Of a stretch of 26,803 nt of DNA, positions 17,128 to 25,766 are shown in pieces. A model generated the notes under the pieces. It was not told the DNA's origin. It saw only the letters and a program-made list of their open reading frames with translations, and made no database searches. How positions within the stretch are numbered: position 1 is the first letter of the stretch; the number at the start of each line of letters is the position of its first letter. This DNA comes from Capsulimonadales bacterium (GTDB lineage: Bacteria > Armatimonadota > Armatimonadia > Armatimonadales > Armatimonadaceae), in contig JANRLW010000067.1 in NCBI GenBank assembly GCA_033762295.1, positions 1 to 26,803 on the forward strand, given 5' to 3'. A program made the position numbers and the translations under genes.

Positions 17128-17700
17128 TCAGGATTTTTCCTCCTGATCTTGCTGATCCTGCGCCCGACGTTCCCGCCAGCCCTGCGCTCCAACCTCCCAG
17201 AGGGCGGCGGCATATCCATCGCCCAGCGTCACACGCGTGATGTCCTCGTAACGATACTTGCCGGTACGTTTCCAGTTCGCGCGCGAATCGATCTCGGCCA
17301 GCGTCACCTTCCGTCTCCCCAATCGCTCCACCCGGCCGATATGGTAGGTCTCCGACTCGATCTTTTCCTGATGCAGGGTCAGCAGGGCAAAGGCGGTATT
17401 GGCGGACGAAAGCAGCCCCAGGATATCCTCCAGCAGAAGGTCCGGCATGGGCTGCGGACGTTCCCTCCGCCAGCGCAGGGCGCGAGGAATAAAGGATTTC
17501 GGTTCGGTCATTCGGGTAATGTCGGCGAGACGAACCGCTTCGAACCCGTTGAAGGTCAACGTATCCACGTTCAATGCGTTCAACAGAACCCAGCTCTGCG
17601 AAAGACCGACCACGAATCCGTTCAGGGAGTCCGTATCGCCGTCCCGATGCAGACGAACGTAGGACTCCGCCAGCAACGCTCGTTCCAGTTTACCGTGCAA
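17128..17700 (-). CDS. hypothetical protein (two similar beta-rich halves)
   Basis: Fills the gap between hisF and the response regulator. TTG start with GGAGG upstream; plausible globular composition. Confidence 0.75.
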   Translation of the reverse strand: MHGKLERALLAESYVRLHRDGDTDSLNGFVVGLSQSWVLLNALNVDTLTFNGFEAVRLADITRMTEPKSFIPRALRWRRERPQPMPDLLLEDILGLLSSANTAFALLTLHQEKIESETYHIGRVERLGRRKVTLAEIDSRANWKRTGKYRYEDITRVTLGDGYAAALWEVGAQGWRERRAQDQQDQEEKS

Positions 17701-17799
17701 CCTTCTATCCTCCGTCTACGGACATGGCGGTAATGTGATGCTCCTGAGGAAGGCGGGCTTCGGCTTCCGATATCGTATCGCCGGACGAGGCGACCGCAC

Positions 17800-18591
17800 T
17801 CAACGGTTTAAAAAATGTCCGGTGACGGGGCGACGCACGGGGATACCCTGCGTCTCCAGATGGTCCTTGATGCCATCGACGGTATATTCGCCGTAGTGCA
17901 GGATGGAGGCGAGGAGGGCGGCGTCCGCTTTGCCTTCGCGAAAAGCCTCCGCGACATGCTGCGGGTTGCCCGCGCCGCCGGAGGCGATCACCGGGATCGG
18001 GACGCGTTCGGCGACCGCGCGGGTCAGAGGCAGGTCGTAACCCGTCTTCATGCCATCCGCATCCATCGAGGTCAGGAGAATCTCGCCCGCGCCGAGTTTG
18101 AAAACGTTCTCCGCCCATTCCAATGCGTCGATGCCGGTGGGGGTACGCCCGCCATGGATATGGACCTCCCAGCCGGAGGGGGTGTTCCCGGTTCGTTTCG
18201 GGTCGATGGCGACGACGATACACTGGGAACCGAACTGCTCCGATGCCGCGCGCACCAGATCGGGATCGCGGATCGCCGCGCTGTTGATACTGACCTTATC
18301 CGCGCCGGTCGCCACCATGCGACGCACGTCGTCGACGGTACGGATGCCGCCGCCGACGGTAAACGGAATAAAGACCTCCTCGGCGACGCGGGCGGCGAGG
18401 TCAAAGATCAGGTCGCGCTTCTCGGCGGACGCCGTGATATCCAGGAAGACGAGTTCGTCGGCGCCCTGCCGGTCGTACATCGCCGCGAGCTGCACCGGAT
18501 CGCCCGCATCGCGCAGACCGACAAAGTTCGTGCCTTTGACGACACGGCCCTCTTTGACATCCAGACAGGGAATGATACGGCGGGTGAGCAT
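17800..18591 (-). CDS. hisF: imidazole glycerol phosphate synthase cyclase subunit
   Basis: [56 protein letters not shown] and PVIASGGAG motifs. Confidence 0.97.
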   Translation of the reverse strand: MLTRRIIPCLDVKEGRVVKGTNFVGLRDAGDPVQLAAMYDRQGADELVFLDITASAEKRDLIFDLAARVAEEVFIPFTVGGGIRTVDDVRRMVATGADKVSINSAAIRDPDLVRAASEQFGSQCIVVAIDPKRTGNTPSGWEVHIHGGRTPTGIDALEWAENVFKLGAGEILLTSMDADGMKTGYDLPLTRAVAERVPIPVIASGGAGNPQHVAEAFREGKADAALLASILHYGEYTVDGIKDHLETQGIPVRRPVTGHFLNR

Positions 18592-18607
18592 GACGTAGTC
18601 CGAACCT

Positions 18608-18616
18608 ATTCTAACA
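18608..18616 (-). promoter_or_regulatory. possible extended -10 promoter of hisF
   Basis: Minus strand TGTTAGAAT (TGn + TAGAAT), 16 nt upstream of the hisF ATG. Confidence 0.4.
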
Positions 18617-18776
18617 TACCGCCGAAAGCACCGATCTCCCCCAACGTCCCCGGAAGCGAACCGGATGATTTTTTCAATGAAAATCCCTCTTGCGCATGGA
18701 AAAACCTGTCGGAGACGTTCCGCGTCCCGGTCTCTTGTGCCTCTCCGCTCGCTAACGGTGTCGAAAGGAAAAAATT

Positions 18777-19883
18777 ATGCGCTTTCTGATTTTGCTGCTG
18801 GCTGGAGTGATTCTCTCCGGCCCGGCAGTCGCCCAGACGAAAAAAACGACGGCGAAACCGCCCGCCCGGCCAACCGCCGGTCAACCCTATGTGCTGGGGA
18901 CGAAGCAACTCCCGGGGGAGTTTGGAAAAATCGGCCAGGAATATACGATCGGAGTGAATAATCCGATCAACATCACTCTCAGAAGCGCCGCCTATCTGGT
19001 GGATCGTGTTTTCCTCGATACGATCGGGGAAGGGAAGATTACCTGGTTCCCGGCGGCCGGGAAGAAGTTTCTCCGACTGGACTTGATCATCAAAAATTCC
19101 GATCCTCGTCAACGGGAGACCGGAGCGGGACTGGCCTTCACAGTGGTGGATGCCAACGACGAAAACCGTCAGAGTCACCTGGTTTTGAATGCGCGGAACG
19201 GCGCGGAAATGCGGACCGGGCTTAAGCCGGGTCAGGCGGTGGAGGTATTTACGCTGTTGGAGGTTCCGTCCGAAGGCGAAGTGCCGAAACTGATCGTGCA
19301 GCGCGAGGACGGCGCAGCCGTGGTCCGCTACGACCTCCGGGGCAAGGCGGCGCCGCTCCCGAACTGGGCGGGCGAAGGGGCGAATGCGCGAGATAGGATC
19401 GACGGGGTACGGGACGCCCTGCATCCGGCGCACCATTTCGATATCGGTCTGCGCGGACTGGAGTGGTCGAAAGAGGTACCTGATGGTGATCCGCCCGTGG
19501 AGGGCGAACGGGTCCTGATCGCCCACCTGACCTTCCGGGCGGCCACCGGCGGGGTGGGGCTGAACTTTGCCACGTTCCTGACCACGGTAAAGACTGCGGA
19601 TGGGGAGGAGATCGTCCGCGACGCACCGGGAGGGACCGGCGGGTTCCTTACCGAAAAGCGGAACGATTCCTATGCCGCCACGCCGGAAAAGGGCGAGATC
19701 ATTCGGACGCGTGTCTTCTTCCGGTTGAAAGAGGGAAACGAGGGAGCGGCCCCGAAAACCCTGACGATCAAGGATGAGGCATCGCAGCGGACGTTTCGTT
19801 TCGAAATCTCCGATCAGGATTGGTTCTCCATCCGTGACTGCGTGCGCGACCTGCGAACGGGGCAGGCAATCGTCCAACCCTGA
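18777..19883 (+). CDS. secreted hypothetical protein (two probable Ig-like/DUF4352-like domains)
   Basis: AAAGGA RBS, Sec signal MRFLILLLAGVILSGPAVA|Q, and a beta-strand-rich body with LKPGQ/PEKGE motifs. Confidence 0.8.
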   Translation: MRFLILLLAGVILSGPAVAQTKKTTAKPPARPTAGQPYVLGTKQLPGEFGKIGQEYTIGVNNPINITLRSAAYLVDRVFLDTIGEGKITWFPAAGKKFLRLDLIIKNSDPRQRETGAGLAFTVVDANDENRQSHLVLNARNGAEMRTGLKPGQAVEVFTLLEVPSEGEVPKLIVQREDGAAVVRYDLRGKAAPLPNWAGEGANARDRIDGVRDALHPAHHFDIGLRGLEWSKEVPDGDPPVEGERVLIAHLTFRAATGGVGLNFATFLTTVKTADGEEIVRDAPGGTGGFLTEKRNDSYAATPEKGEIIRTRVFFRLKEGNEGAAPKTLTIKDEASQRTFRFEISDQDWFSIRDCVRDLRTGQAIVQP

Positions 19884-20014
19884 TTGAAAATATGAGTCTA
19901 GGTCTCTCCCACAGGGCAGGACCAGGGTTTATTCTCCGGGGATGGGGATCCGGCCGGAGGACAAGGCCCGCGCCACGCTCAACCCGTCCGACCTGCCGGG
20001 AACCCGGTGACAAC

Positions 20015-20047
20015 AAAAAAGCGACCCCCTTGATGATAAGGTGTCGC
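20015..20047 (-). terminator. Rho-independent terminator
   Basis: Minus strand GCGACACCTT-ATCATC-AAGGGGGTCGC followed by TTTTTT. Confidence 0.7.
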
Positions 20048-20090
20048 CCGCTGGATCTTTTAAACCGGGTTATTTCGTGATGACATATTC

Positions 20091-20120
20091 ATTATATCGC
20101 GAACGAACCCGGTCCGTCCA
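20091..20120 (-). promoter_or_regulatory. possible sigma70 promoter with no downstream ORF
   Basis: Minus strand TGGACG (20120-20115), 18-nt spacer, TATAAT (20096-20091). Confidence 0.4.
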
Positions 20121-20274
20121 CTCAAACCATTCCCGGAACAGACAGAGAATATCCTTAGAGAAATCGAGATTGCCTGAAGAAAAGGTCCGATAACCGCATC
20201 ACTTTGTCGAAGAGTCTCGCGAAAAGCGGTGGGGACGTCTTGAAATTGTGTCGTTTTGTTTCGTGACCGGGGAT

Positions 20275-22062
20275 TCAGGCGGGTAACGGAAAGCGGACGA
20301 CCGCCTGCGCGCCGCCGTCCGGATGGTTGTCGTACGTCACCGTGCCACGCAGGTCGTACTGGGCCGCGCTCTCGATCAGCGAAAAGCCGGTGTTGCCCGA
20401 TACCTGCGGTTCAAAACCGGGTGGGAATCCCGGACCCGCATCCCGGACCGCCAGTTCGCCGAAACCGCCCTCGACCCGGAACCGGACCTGCACCTCGCCC
20501 CGACCGTGCTTGACCGCGTTCGCGATCAGTTCGTTCACCAGGAGCGTCAGGGACGCGCCGCCGCGAACGCTGATGACCGTATCCTCGATCTCCGAAACGA
20601 TCGAATGATCGACGGCCGTCTCTCGAAGGTACCCGAGCAGACGCTCCAGAAGAACCCGGACCGAGATTTGGTCGGTGGTGGCCCGTGCGCTCGCCTGCTG
20701 TGTCAGGAGGTCGTGCAGGTCGGCCAGGGTACGAATGTGCTGACCGATCCGCCGCAGCGACGAAACGGGATCGCCCTTGATGGCGTCCCCGAGACCGATC
20801 TCGATCAGGGCCAGAATGACCTGAAGGTTGTTTTTGACCCGATGGTGCGTCTCCGCCATGGCGCGCTGAAGTCGGACGTTCAGGCTCTCGATCTCCTCCT
20901 GCTGCCGCTTCCGCTCCGTTATATCCTCGATGACCGAGATGCAGTACGGCGGAACGCTATCGCGTACCAGGGAGACGGTCAGGTGAGCCCAGACGATCTC
21001 CCCGTTTCTGCGAAAATACCGCTTTTCCATCGCGTACGTCGAAATCTCGCCGCGTTTGAGCCGGTCGAACCGGACGAGGTCCGTTTCCACGTCCGCCGGA
21101 TGCGTGATGTCCTGGAACGTTCGCCCGAACAACTCCTCACGGGAATAGCCAAGGATCGCGCAGAGGGCCGGATTGACTCTCAGCCATTCCCCGCTCAGAC
21201 CGACATGGGCGATGCCGACCGCCGCATAGTCGAAAGTGGCGCGAAAACGCTCCTCGTTCTCCCGCAACTGACGCAGCACCCTCTCCCGTTCGGTGATATC
21301 GACCGCCGAAGGCACCAGGTAAATCACGGTTCCCTCGGCATCCCGTTGCGGGACGATGCGAAAGTCGATCAGAATGCGTTGGTCCTCGGCCACCCGGACC
21401 GGGACGTCGTAGCGAACGATCTCGCCGGCGGCGGCGCGGCGGATGGCGGCGCGAAGCTGCGCCCGGATCGCCGGATCGTAGGACCACCAGTACGCCTCCT
21501 CGAACGGTTTGCCCAGGACGTCCGACGGCGAAAGGCCGGCAGCCTCGAGTGCGGCCCGGTTCGCCTCGATCAGGATGCCTTCCGGCGTCAGAATGCCGAC
21601 AAACGCCGCCAGGCTGTCGATGACGGCGCGGGTCCGCTCCAGCGCTTCGGCGGAGATTTCCGACAGAACCCGCCACGTCGCCGTGAACCCGTCGCCGGTT
21701 TTCCATGCCCGAATACGGAACAGACTGGGAGCAATGACCGTTTTTTCCCCGAGGTCATCGTGGTACAGCCACTCATTCTTCTCAAGGGGGACGCCGGTTT
21801 CGGTGACACGGCAATACTCCTCGAATAGACCCGTGGAGCGATGCGCGGGCAGAATTTCGCAGAGCCGCCGGCCGATCTGTTGCTCCGCCGGTATGCGGTT
21901 GGCGGCAACGACGGCGGGGTTGACGTATTCTATACAAAAATCGACGATCCGACCGGAGGAATCGCGGATCGCCGAATAAATTCCGAGAGGTTCCGGCAGG
22001 GAATCCAACACGGCGCGGGGTATTGACCAGTGGAAGGAAGTATCGGGAGAAGGAGAGATCAT
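20275..22062 (-). CDS. multi-PAS sensor histidine kinase (HisKA_2/HWE-type)
   Basis: Three PAS/PAC segments (YVNPA, EANRAA…DITER, RVNPA…DITERK), H-box ETHHRVKNNLQ, and N/G boxes NELIANAVKHG, DAGPG, GNTGF. Start placed at ATG 22062 (AAGGA upstream) because ATG 22104 lies only 2 nt from a -10 box. Confidence 0.92.
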   Translation of the reverse strand: MISPSPDTSFHWSIPRAVLDSLPEPLGIYSAIRDSSGRIVDFCIEYVNPAVVAANRIPAEQQIGRRLCEILPAHRSTGLFEEYCRVTETGVPLEKNEWLYHDDLGEKTVIAPSLFRIRAWKTGDGFTATWRVLSEISAEALERTRAVIDSLAAFVGILTPEGILIEANRAALEAAGLSPSDVLGKPFEEAYWWSYDPAIRAQLRAAIRRAAAGEIVRYDVPVRVAEDQRILIDFRIVPQRDAEGTVIYLVPSAVDITERERVLRQLRENEERFRATFDYAAVGIAHVGLSGEWLRVNPALCAILGYSREELFGRTFQDITHPADVETDLVRFDRLKRGEISTYAMEKRYFRRNGEIVWAHLTVSLVRDSVPPYCISVIEDITERKRQQEEIESLNVRLQRAMAETHHRVKNNLQVILALIEIGLGDAIKGDPVSSLRRIGQHIRTLADLHDLLTQQASARATTDQISVRVLLERLLGYLRETAVDHSIVSEIEDTVISVRGGASLTLLVNELIANAVKHGRGEVQVRFRVEGGFGELAVRDAGPGFPPGFEPQVSGNTGFSLIESAAQYDLRGTVTYDNHPDGGAQAVVRFPLPA

Positions 22063-22106
22063 TCGGATTCCTTGTTTTCCGATCACGTTCCCGGAAGCGT
22101 TCATTG

Positions 22107-22135
22107 ATTATAGAACGCCTTCCCCTTCAAGGCAA
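22107..22135 (-). promoter_or_regulatory. sigma70-type promoter for the PAS kinase
   Basis: Minus strand TTGCCT (22135-22130), 17-nt spacer, TATAAT (22112-22107). Confidence 0.6.
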
Positions 22136-22195
22136 GCCCGACTGTCAGGAATCTTTCCCGCTCTTCCTCCGGATTAACCTGGAAAAGCGAAGGCC

Positions 22196-22951
22196 GTGAA
22201 AGACAAAAACTTTCCGAACGATCCCGTCGGAAGCGAGACGACGCCGAGGCGCTATGTCTGTTACCGACTGAACGAACCCCTGACGATCGACGGCGACCTG
22301 GAAAAGCCCGTCTGGCAGGACGTCCCCTGGACCGAACCGTTCCTCGATATCGAGGGGCCGGAGAAGCCGCGTCCGAGGTTCCGGACCCGCGCCAAAATGG
22401 CCTGGGACGAGACCTGTTTCTATGTCGCCGCCTACCTGGAGGAACCGCACCTCGTCGCGACCCTGACCAATCATGACGATATCATCTTCCATGATAACGA
22501 CTTCGAGATCTTTATCGATCCGGACGACGACGCCGAACAGTACTATGAGATCGAGGTGAACGCCTTCGGAACCATCTTCGATCTGCTGCTGGAAAAGACC
22601 TACCGCAACGGCGGGCCGGCGCGGCACGAGTGGTTCCTGCCCGGAATGCGCCATGCGGTCCGCCTCTACGGCACCGTCAACGACCCTTCCGATTTCGATC
22701 AGGGCTGGTCCGTAGAGTTCGCTCTGCCGTGGGAATCGCTGGCCGAACGTGCGGGAAAAATGGCCTGCCCTCCGATGGACGGCGATACGTGGCGCGTGAA
22801 CTTTTCCCGTGTCCAGTGGCGTTACACCGTGCGCGACGGACAGTACGTCAAGGAGCCCGGACCGGAGGACAACTGGGTCTGGTCGCCGCAGGGCGTCATC
22901 GACATGCACCAGCCGCAGTTCTGGGGTTATGTCGAGTTCCGCCGCTCCTGA
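22196..22951 (+). CDS. carbohydrate-binding family 9-like (DOMON-like) protein
   Basis: IDGDLEKPVW, TRAKMAWDE, DNDFEIFIDP, YYEIEVNAFG, WSVEFALPW, WRVNFSR, NWVWSPQG and MHQPQFWG motifs. No signal peptide visible. Confidence 0.88.
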   Translation: MKDKNFPNDPVGSETTPRRYVCYRLNEPLTIDGDLEKPVWQDVPWTEPFLDIEGPEKPRPRFRTRAKMAWDETCFYVAAYLEEPHLVATLTNHDDIIFHDNDFEIFIDPDDDAEQYYEIEVNAFGTIFDLLLEKTYRNGGPARHEWFLPGMRHAVRLYGTVNDPSDFDQGWSVEFALPWESLAERAGKMACPPMDGDTWRVNFSRVQWRYTVRDGQYVKEPGPEDNWVWSPQGVIDMHQPQFWGYVEFRRS

Positions 22952-22970
22952 GGGGCGCGTCCGCAACCGC

Positions 22971-22998
22971 GCCGGGGCGAACGTGCCGGGGCGAACGT
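22971..22998. repeat. tandem duplication (GCCGGGGCGAACGT)x2
   Basis: Two exact 14-bp copies at 22971 and 22985 between convergent stop codons. Confidence 0.85.
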
Positions 22999-24143
22999 CA
23001 GGACCGGCGTTCGCTCCGACTCCCCGGTTTCGCCGGAAGCCATCGCGTCCGGAAATACCGCTGCATCGGCTTCTCGAAATGGCGGAAGGTCAGGAACGAC
23101 AGGACGATCAGCACGACGTAGAACGCCAGAAGACTGAGCGGCGAGTAGTAGATCGAACGGTCGATCGCCAGTGCCGTTGTCAGGATCATGGCCAACAACT
23201 GTAGCGGGAAGTGCAGAAGGTAACTGCCGTAGGACAGGTCGCCGATCACCGCGAAGCGTTTCCCCAGACTTCCCCGCCGGGTTTCGGACAGCGCCAGCAT
23301 CAGAATGGTCAGCGGGAAGAGGACGACCGTGATGAAAAGGTACGTCAGGCGAGGCGAGGCCAGGAAGGTGCCCGCGCCCCAACTCCGGTAGAGCCATCCC
23401 CCCGTCAGCAGGCAGAGCGCCGCCCAGACCGTCGGAAGCGCCACGGTGATCCGCTCCCGCCAGGACGAACGGAGGAGGGCGTCATAAAGAAAATAGACGC
23501 ACCCGCCCAGAAAGAACGACAGAATTCCCCGACTGATCCCGTAGTTGATCTTGGACAGGGCGAAGTACCCGACGAACGGCATCGCCAGGACGACCGGCCA
23601 GCGAACCGGCAGGAAACGACAGGCCAGGAAAAACAGGGCGTACATGAGGACCTCGACCGAGATCGACCAGTTCGGCCCGTTGAAGGAGTAACCCTTCTGC
23701 AGCCCCGATCCGTTCAGAAAGAGAAGATTGAGCGCGAAGTGGTAGAGGTCGTTGTCCGCGTAGACGAAGGGAGTCGGCGACATCCGGAGGAAAACGGCCT
23801 GCCCGATCGCGACCGCGATCAGCGTCACGAAGTGCAGGGGATAGAGCCGGGAGAACCGCAGAACAAGGAACTCGCGGACGGAGATCGATCGGTCGGCGAC
23901 CCGCGCCGAGTAGAGCCAGTAGAAGATGAATCCCGAAAGCGAGAAGAAGAGGTCGACGGCGAAGTCGCCGTGGGTGTACAACGGGTGCAGGAGCGCGAAC
24001 AGTGGCTGCCGTTCGGTGTGGAAGGCAGGGGAAAGCCGCGCGCCGTCCGTGAAGAAATGCTTCCAGTGCCAGACAACGATACTTAATGCCGCGACTCCGC
24101 GAAGCACATCCAAAGAGTAGAACCGTTCGGGGCGATTCGACAT
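22998..24143 (-). CDS. acyltransferase family 3 (OafA/YrhL-like membrane acyltransferase)
   Basis: SLDVLRGVAALSIVVWH, AVDLFFSLSGF, RFSRLYPLH, WSISVE, GDLSYGSYLLHFP and FEKP motifs; multiple TM helices. Confidence 0.93.
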   Translation of the reverse strand: MSNRPERFYSLDVLRGVAALSIVVWHWKHFFTDGARLSPAFHTERQPLFALLHPLYTHGDFAVDLFFSLSGFIFYWLYSARVADRSISVREFLVLRFSRLYPLHFVTLIAVAIGQAVFLRMSPTPFVYADNDLYHFALNLLFLNGSGLQKGYSFNGPNWSISVEVLMYALFFLACRFLPVRWPVVLAMPFVGYFALSKINYGISRGILSFFLGGCVYFLYDALLRSSWRERITVALPTVWAALCLLTGGWLYRSWGAGTFLASPRLTYLFITVVLFPLTILMLALSETRRGSLGKRFAVIGDLSYGSYLLHFPLQLLAMILTTALAIDRSIYYSPLSLLAFYVVLIVLSFLTFRHFEKPMQRYFRTRWLPAKPGSRSERRS

Positions 24144-24208
24144 ATTTTAGGTATCCGATTCCTCAAATGCTGTCGGCGGAATTCCCGTACCGCTACGGGA
24201 AAGGCAGG

Positions 24209-24231
24209 GTTCGTAAGCGTTCGTAAGCGTT
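24209..24231. repeat. direct repeat (GTTCGTAAGC)x2 plus partial copy
   Basis: GTTCGTAAGCGTTCGTAAGCGTT in the divergent acyltransferase/fumC intergenic region. Confidence 0.75.
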
Positions 24232-24304
24232 TCGCCCGGAAGGGGTCAGGAATACGTTACCCTAGCATTTGCGGTTTCGCTATCGGGGGTAAGAAATAAC
24301 ACAC

Positions 24305-25756
24305 ATGATGACCGGGAACCAGAAAGAAAACGTCCGGATCGAAAGCGATTCGATGGGCGAGGTGTCGGTTCCGGCCGACCGGCTCTGGGGCGCACAGACG
24401 CAGCGTTCGCTCGAGCATTTCGCCATCGGCGACGACCGCATGCCCAAATCTCTTTACCATGCCTACGGCTATGTCAAGAAGGCGGCGGCCATCGTGAATG
24501 CCGCGGTCGGGCTGCTCCCGCCGGAGAAAGCGGACCGGATCATCGCCGCCGCGGACGAGGTCATCGCCGGACAACTCGATGCGGAATTCCCGCTCTATGT
24601 CTGGCAGACCGGTTCCGGGACGCAGTCCAATATGAACGTCAACGAGGTGATCGCCAATCGGGCCATTCAAACGGCGGGCGGCATCCTCGGCAGCAAGGAC
24701 CCCATCCACCCGAACGACCACGTGAATCTGTCCCAGTCGTCCAATGACACCTTTCCGACCGCCATGCATATCGCGGTCGTGCTCGAATGTCACGAGCGGC
24801 TCTTTCCGAAGATCGACGCGCTGATCGAGACGATGCGCGAGAAGGCGCGGCAGTGGGTCGATGTGGTCAAGATCGGACGGACGCACCTGCAGGACGCGAC
24901 CCCGCTGACGGTCGGTCAGGAGTGGTCCGGCTACGTCACTCAGGTTCGGGACGCCCTGGCGCGGGTTCGGGCCTCGATGAACGGACTGTACGAGATTGCG
25001 GCGGGAGGCACCGCGGTCGGCACGGGAATCAACGCCCCGCCCGGATTCGACCGGGCGATCGCCGCCGAACTGGCCCGCCTGACCGGGCATCCCTTCGTGA
25101 CCGCGCCCAACAAGTTCGCCGCCCAGGGTTCGCTCGATGCGATGGTCGCGACCAGCGCCGCCCTGCGCGGATTGGCGGTCGCTCTGCTGAAGATCGCCAA
25201 CGATATCCGCTGGCTCGGCTGCGGGCCGCGCGCCGGCCTCCACGAACTGAATCTCCCGGCCAACGAACCCGGCTCCTCGATCATGCCCGGCAAGGTCAAT
25301 CCGACACAGGAGGAGGCGGTCATCATGGTCTGCATCCAGGTGATCGGCGAGGATACGGCGGTGGCGTTCGCCGGATCGCAGGGCAACTTCGAACTGAACA
25401 CGATGCGGCCCATCATCCTCAATAATGTGCTCCACTCGGCGCGCATTCTCGGGGACGCCTGCGAAAAGTGGCGTTTGCACAGCATCGCCGGGATCACGCT
25501 GGATCGCGAGCGGATCGATCGGTACGTCGGCGAATCGGTGATGCTGGTGACGGCCCTATCGCCGTCCGTCGGCTATGATCGCGCGTCGGAGATCGCGCAT
25601 CGGGCGTTCGCCGGGAACCTGCCCCTGCGTGAGGCCGCGCTGTCGTCCGGATGGGTCACCGCCGAGGAGTACGACCGACTGGTACAACCGGAGAAGATGG
25701 TCGGAGACCCCCATCACGATCTGGGAATGACGCCGCGCGTCGAGAGCGTTCCCTGA
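24305..25756 (+). CDS. fumC: class II fumarate hydratase
   Basis: WGAQTQRS, VWQTGSGTQSNMNVNEV, HPNDHVNLSQSSNDTFPTAMH, KIGRTHLQDATP and signature GSSIMPGKVNP. Confidence 0.96.
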   Translation: MMTGNQKENVRIESDSMGEVSVPADRLWGAQTQRSLEHFAIGDDRMPKSLYHAYGYVKKAAAIVNAAVGLLPPEKADRIIAAADEVIAGQLDAEFPLYVWQTGSGTQSNMNVNEVIANRAIQTAGGILGSKDPIHPNDHVNLSQSSNDTFPTAMHIAVVLECHERLFPKIDALIETMREKARQWVDVVKIGRTHLQDATPLTVGQEWSGYVTQVRDALARVRASMNGLYEIAAGGTAVGTGINAPPGFDRAIAAELARLTGHPFVTAPNKFAAQGSLDAMVATSAALRGLAVALLKIANDIRWLGCGPRAGLHELNLPANEPGSSIMPGKVNPTQEEAVIMVCIQVIGEDTAVAFAGSQGNFELNTMRPIILNNVLHSARILGDACEKWRLHSIAGITLDRERIDRYVGESVMLVTALSPSVGYDRASEIAHRAFAGNLPLREAALSSGWVTAEEYDRLVQPEKMVGDPHHDLGMTPRVESVP

Positions 25757-25766
25757 ATCCCGGAAA

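Noticed and set aside
19892..20080. 62-aa ORF as a type I toxin antisense to the candidate sRNA
   Set aside because: No hydrophobic helix and no clear RBS; the composition does not resemble type I toxins.
19884..20274. Known riboswitch, 6S, SRP or tRNA in the large intergenic gap
   Set aside because: I could not match conserved motifs of c-di-GMP-I, preQ1, SRP, 6S or a cloverleaf by eye. An Rfam scan is needed.
20323..21828. 501-aa plus-strand ORF (likewise 18606-19877, 24257-25480, 13017-14036 and 17815-18789)
   Set aside because: Each is antisense to a better-supported gene and has no domain signature of its own.
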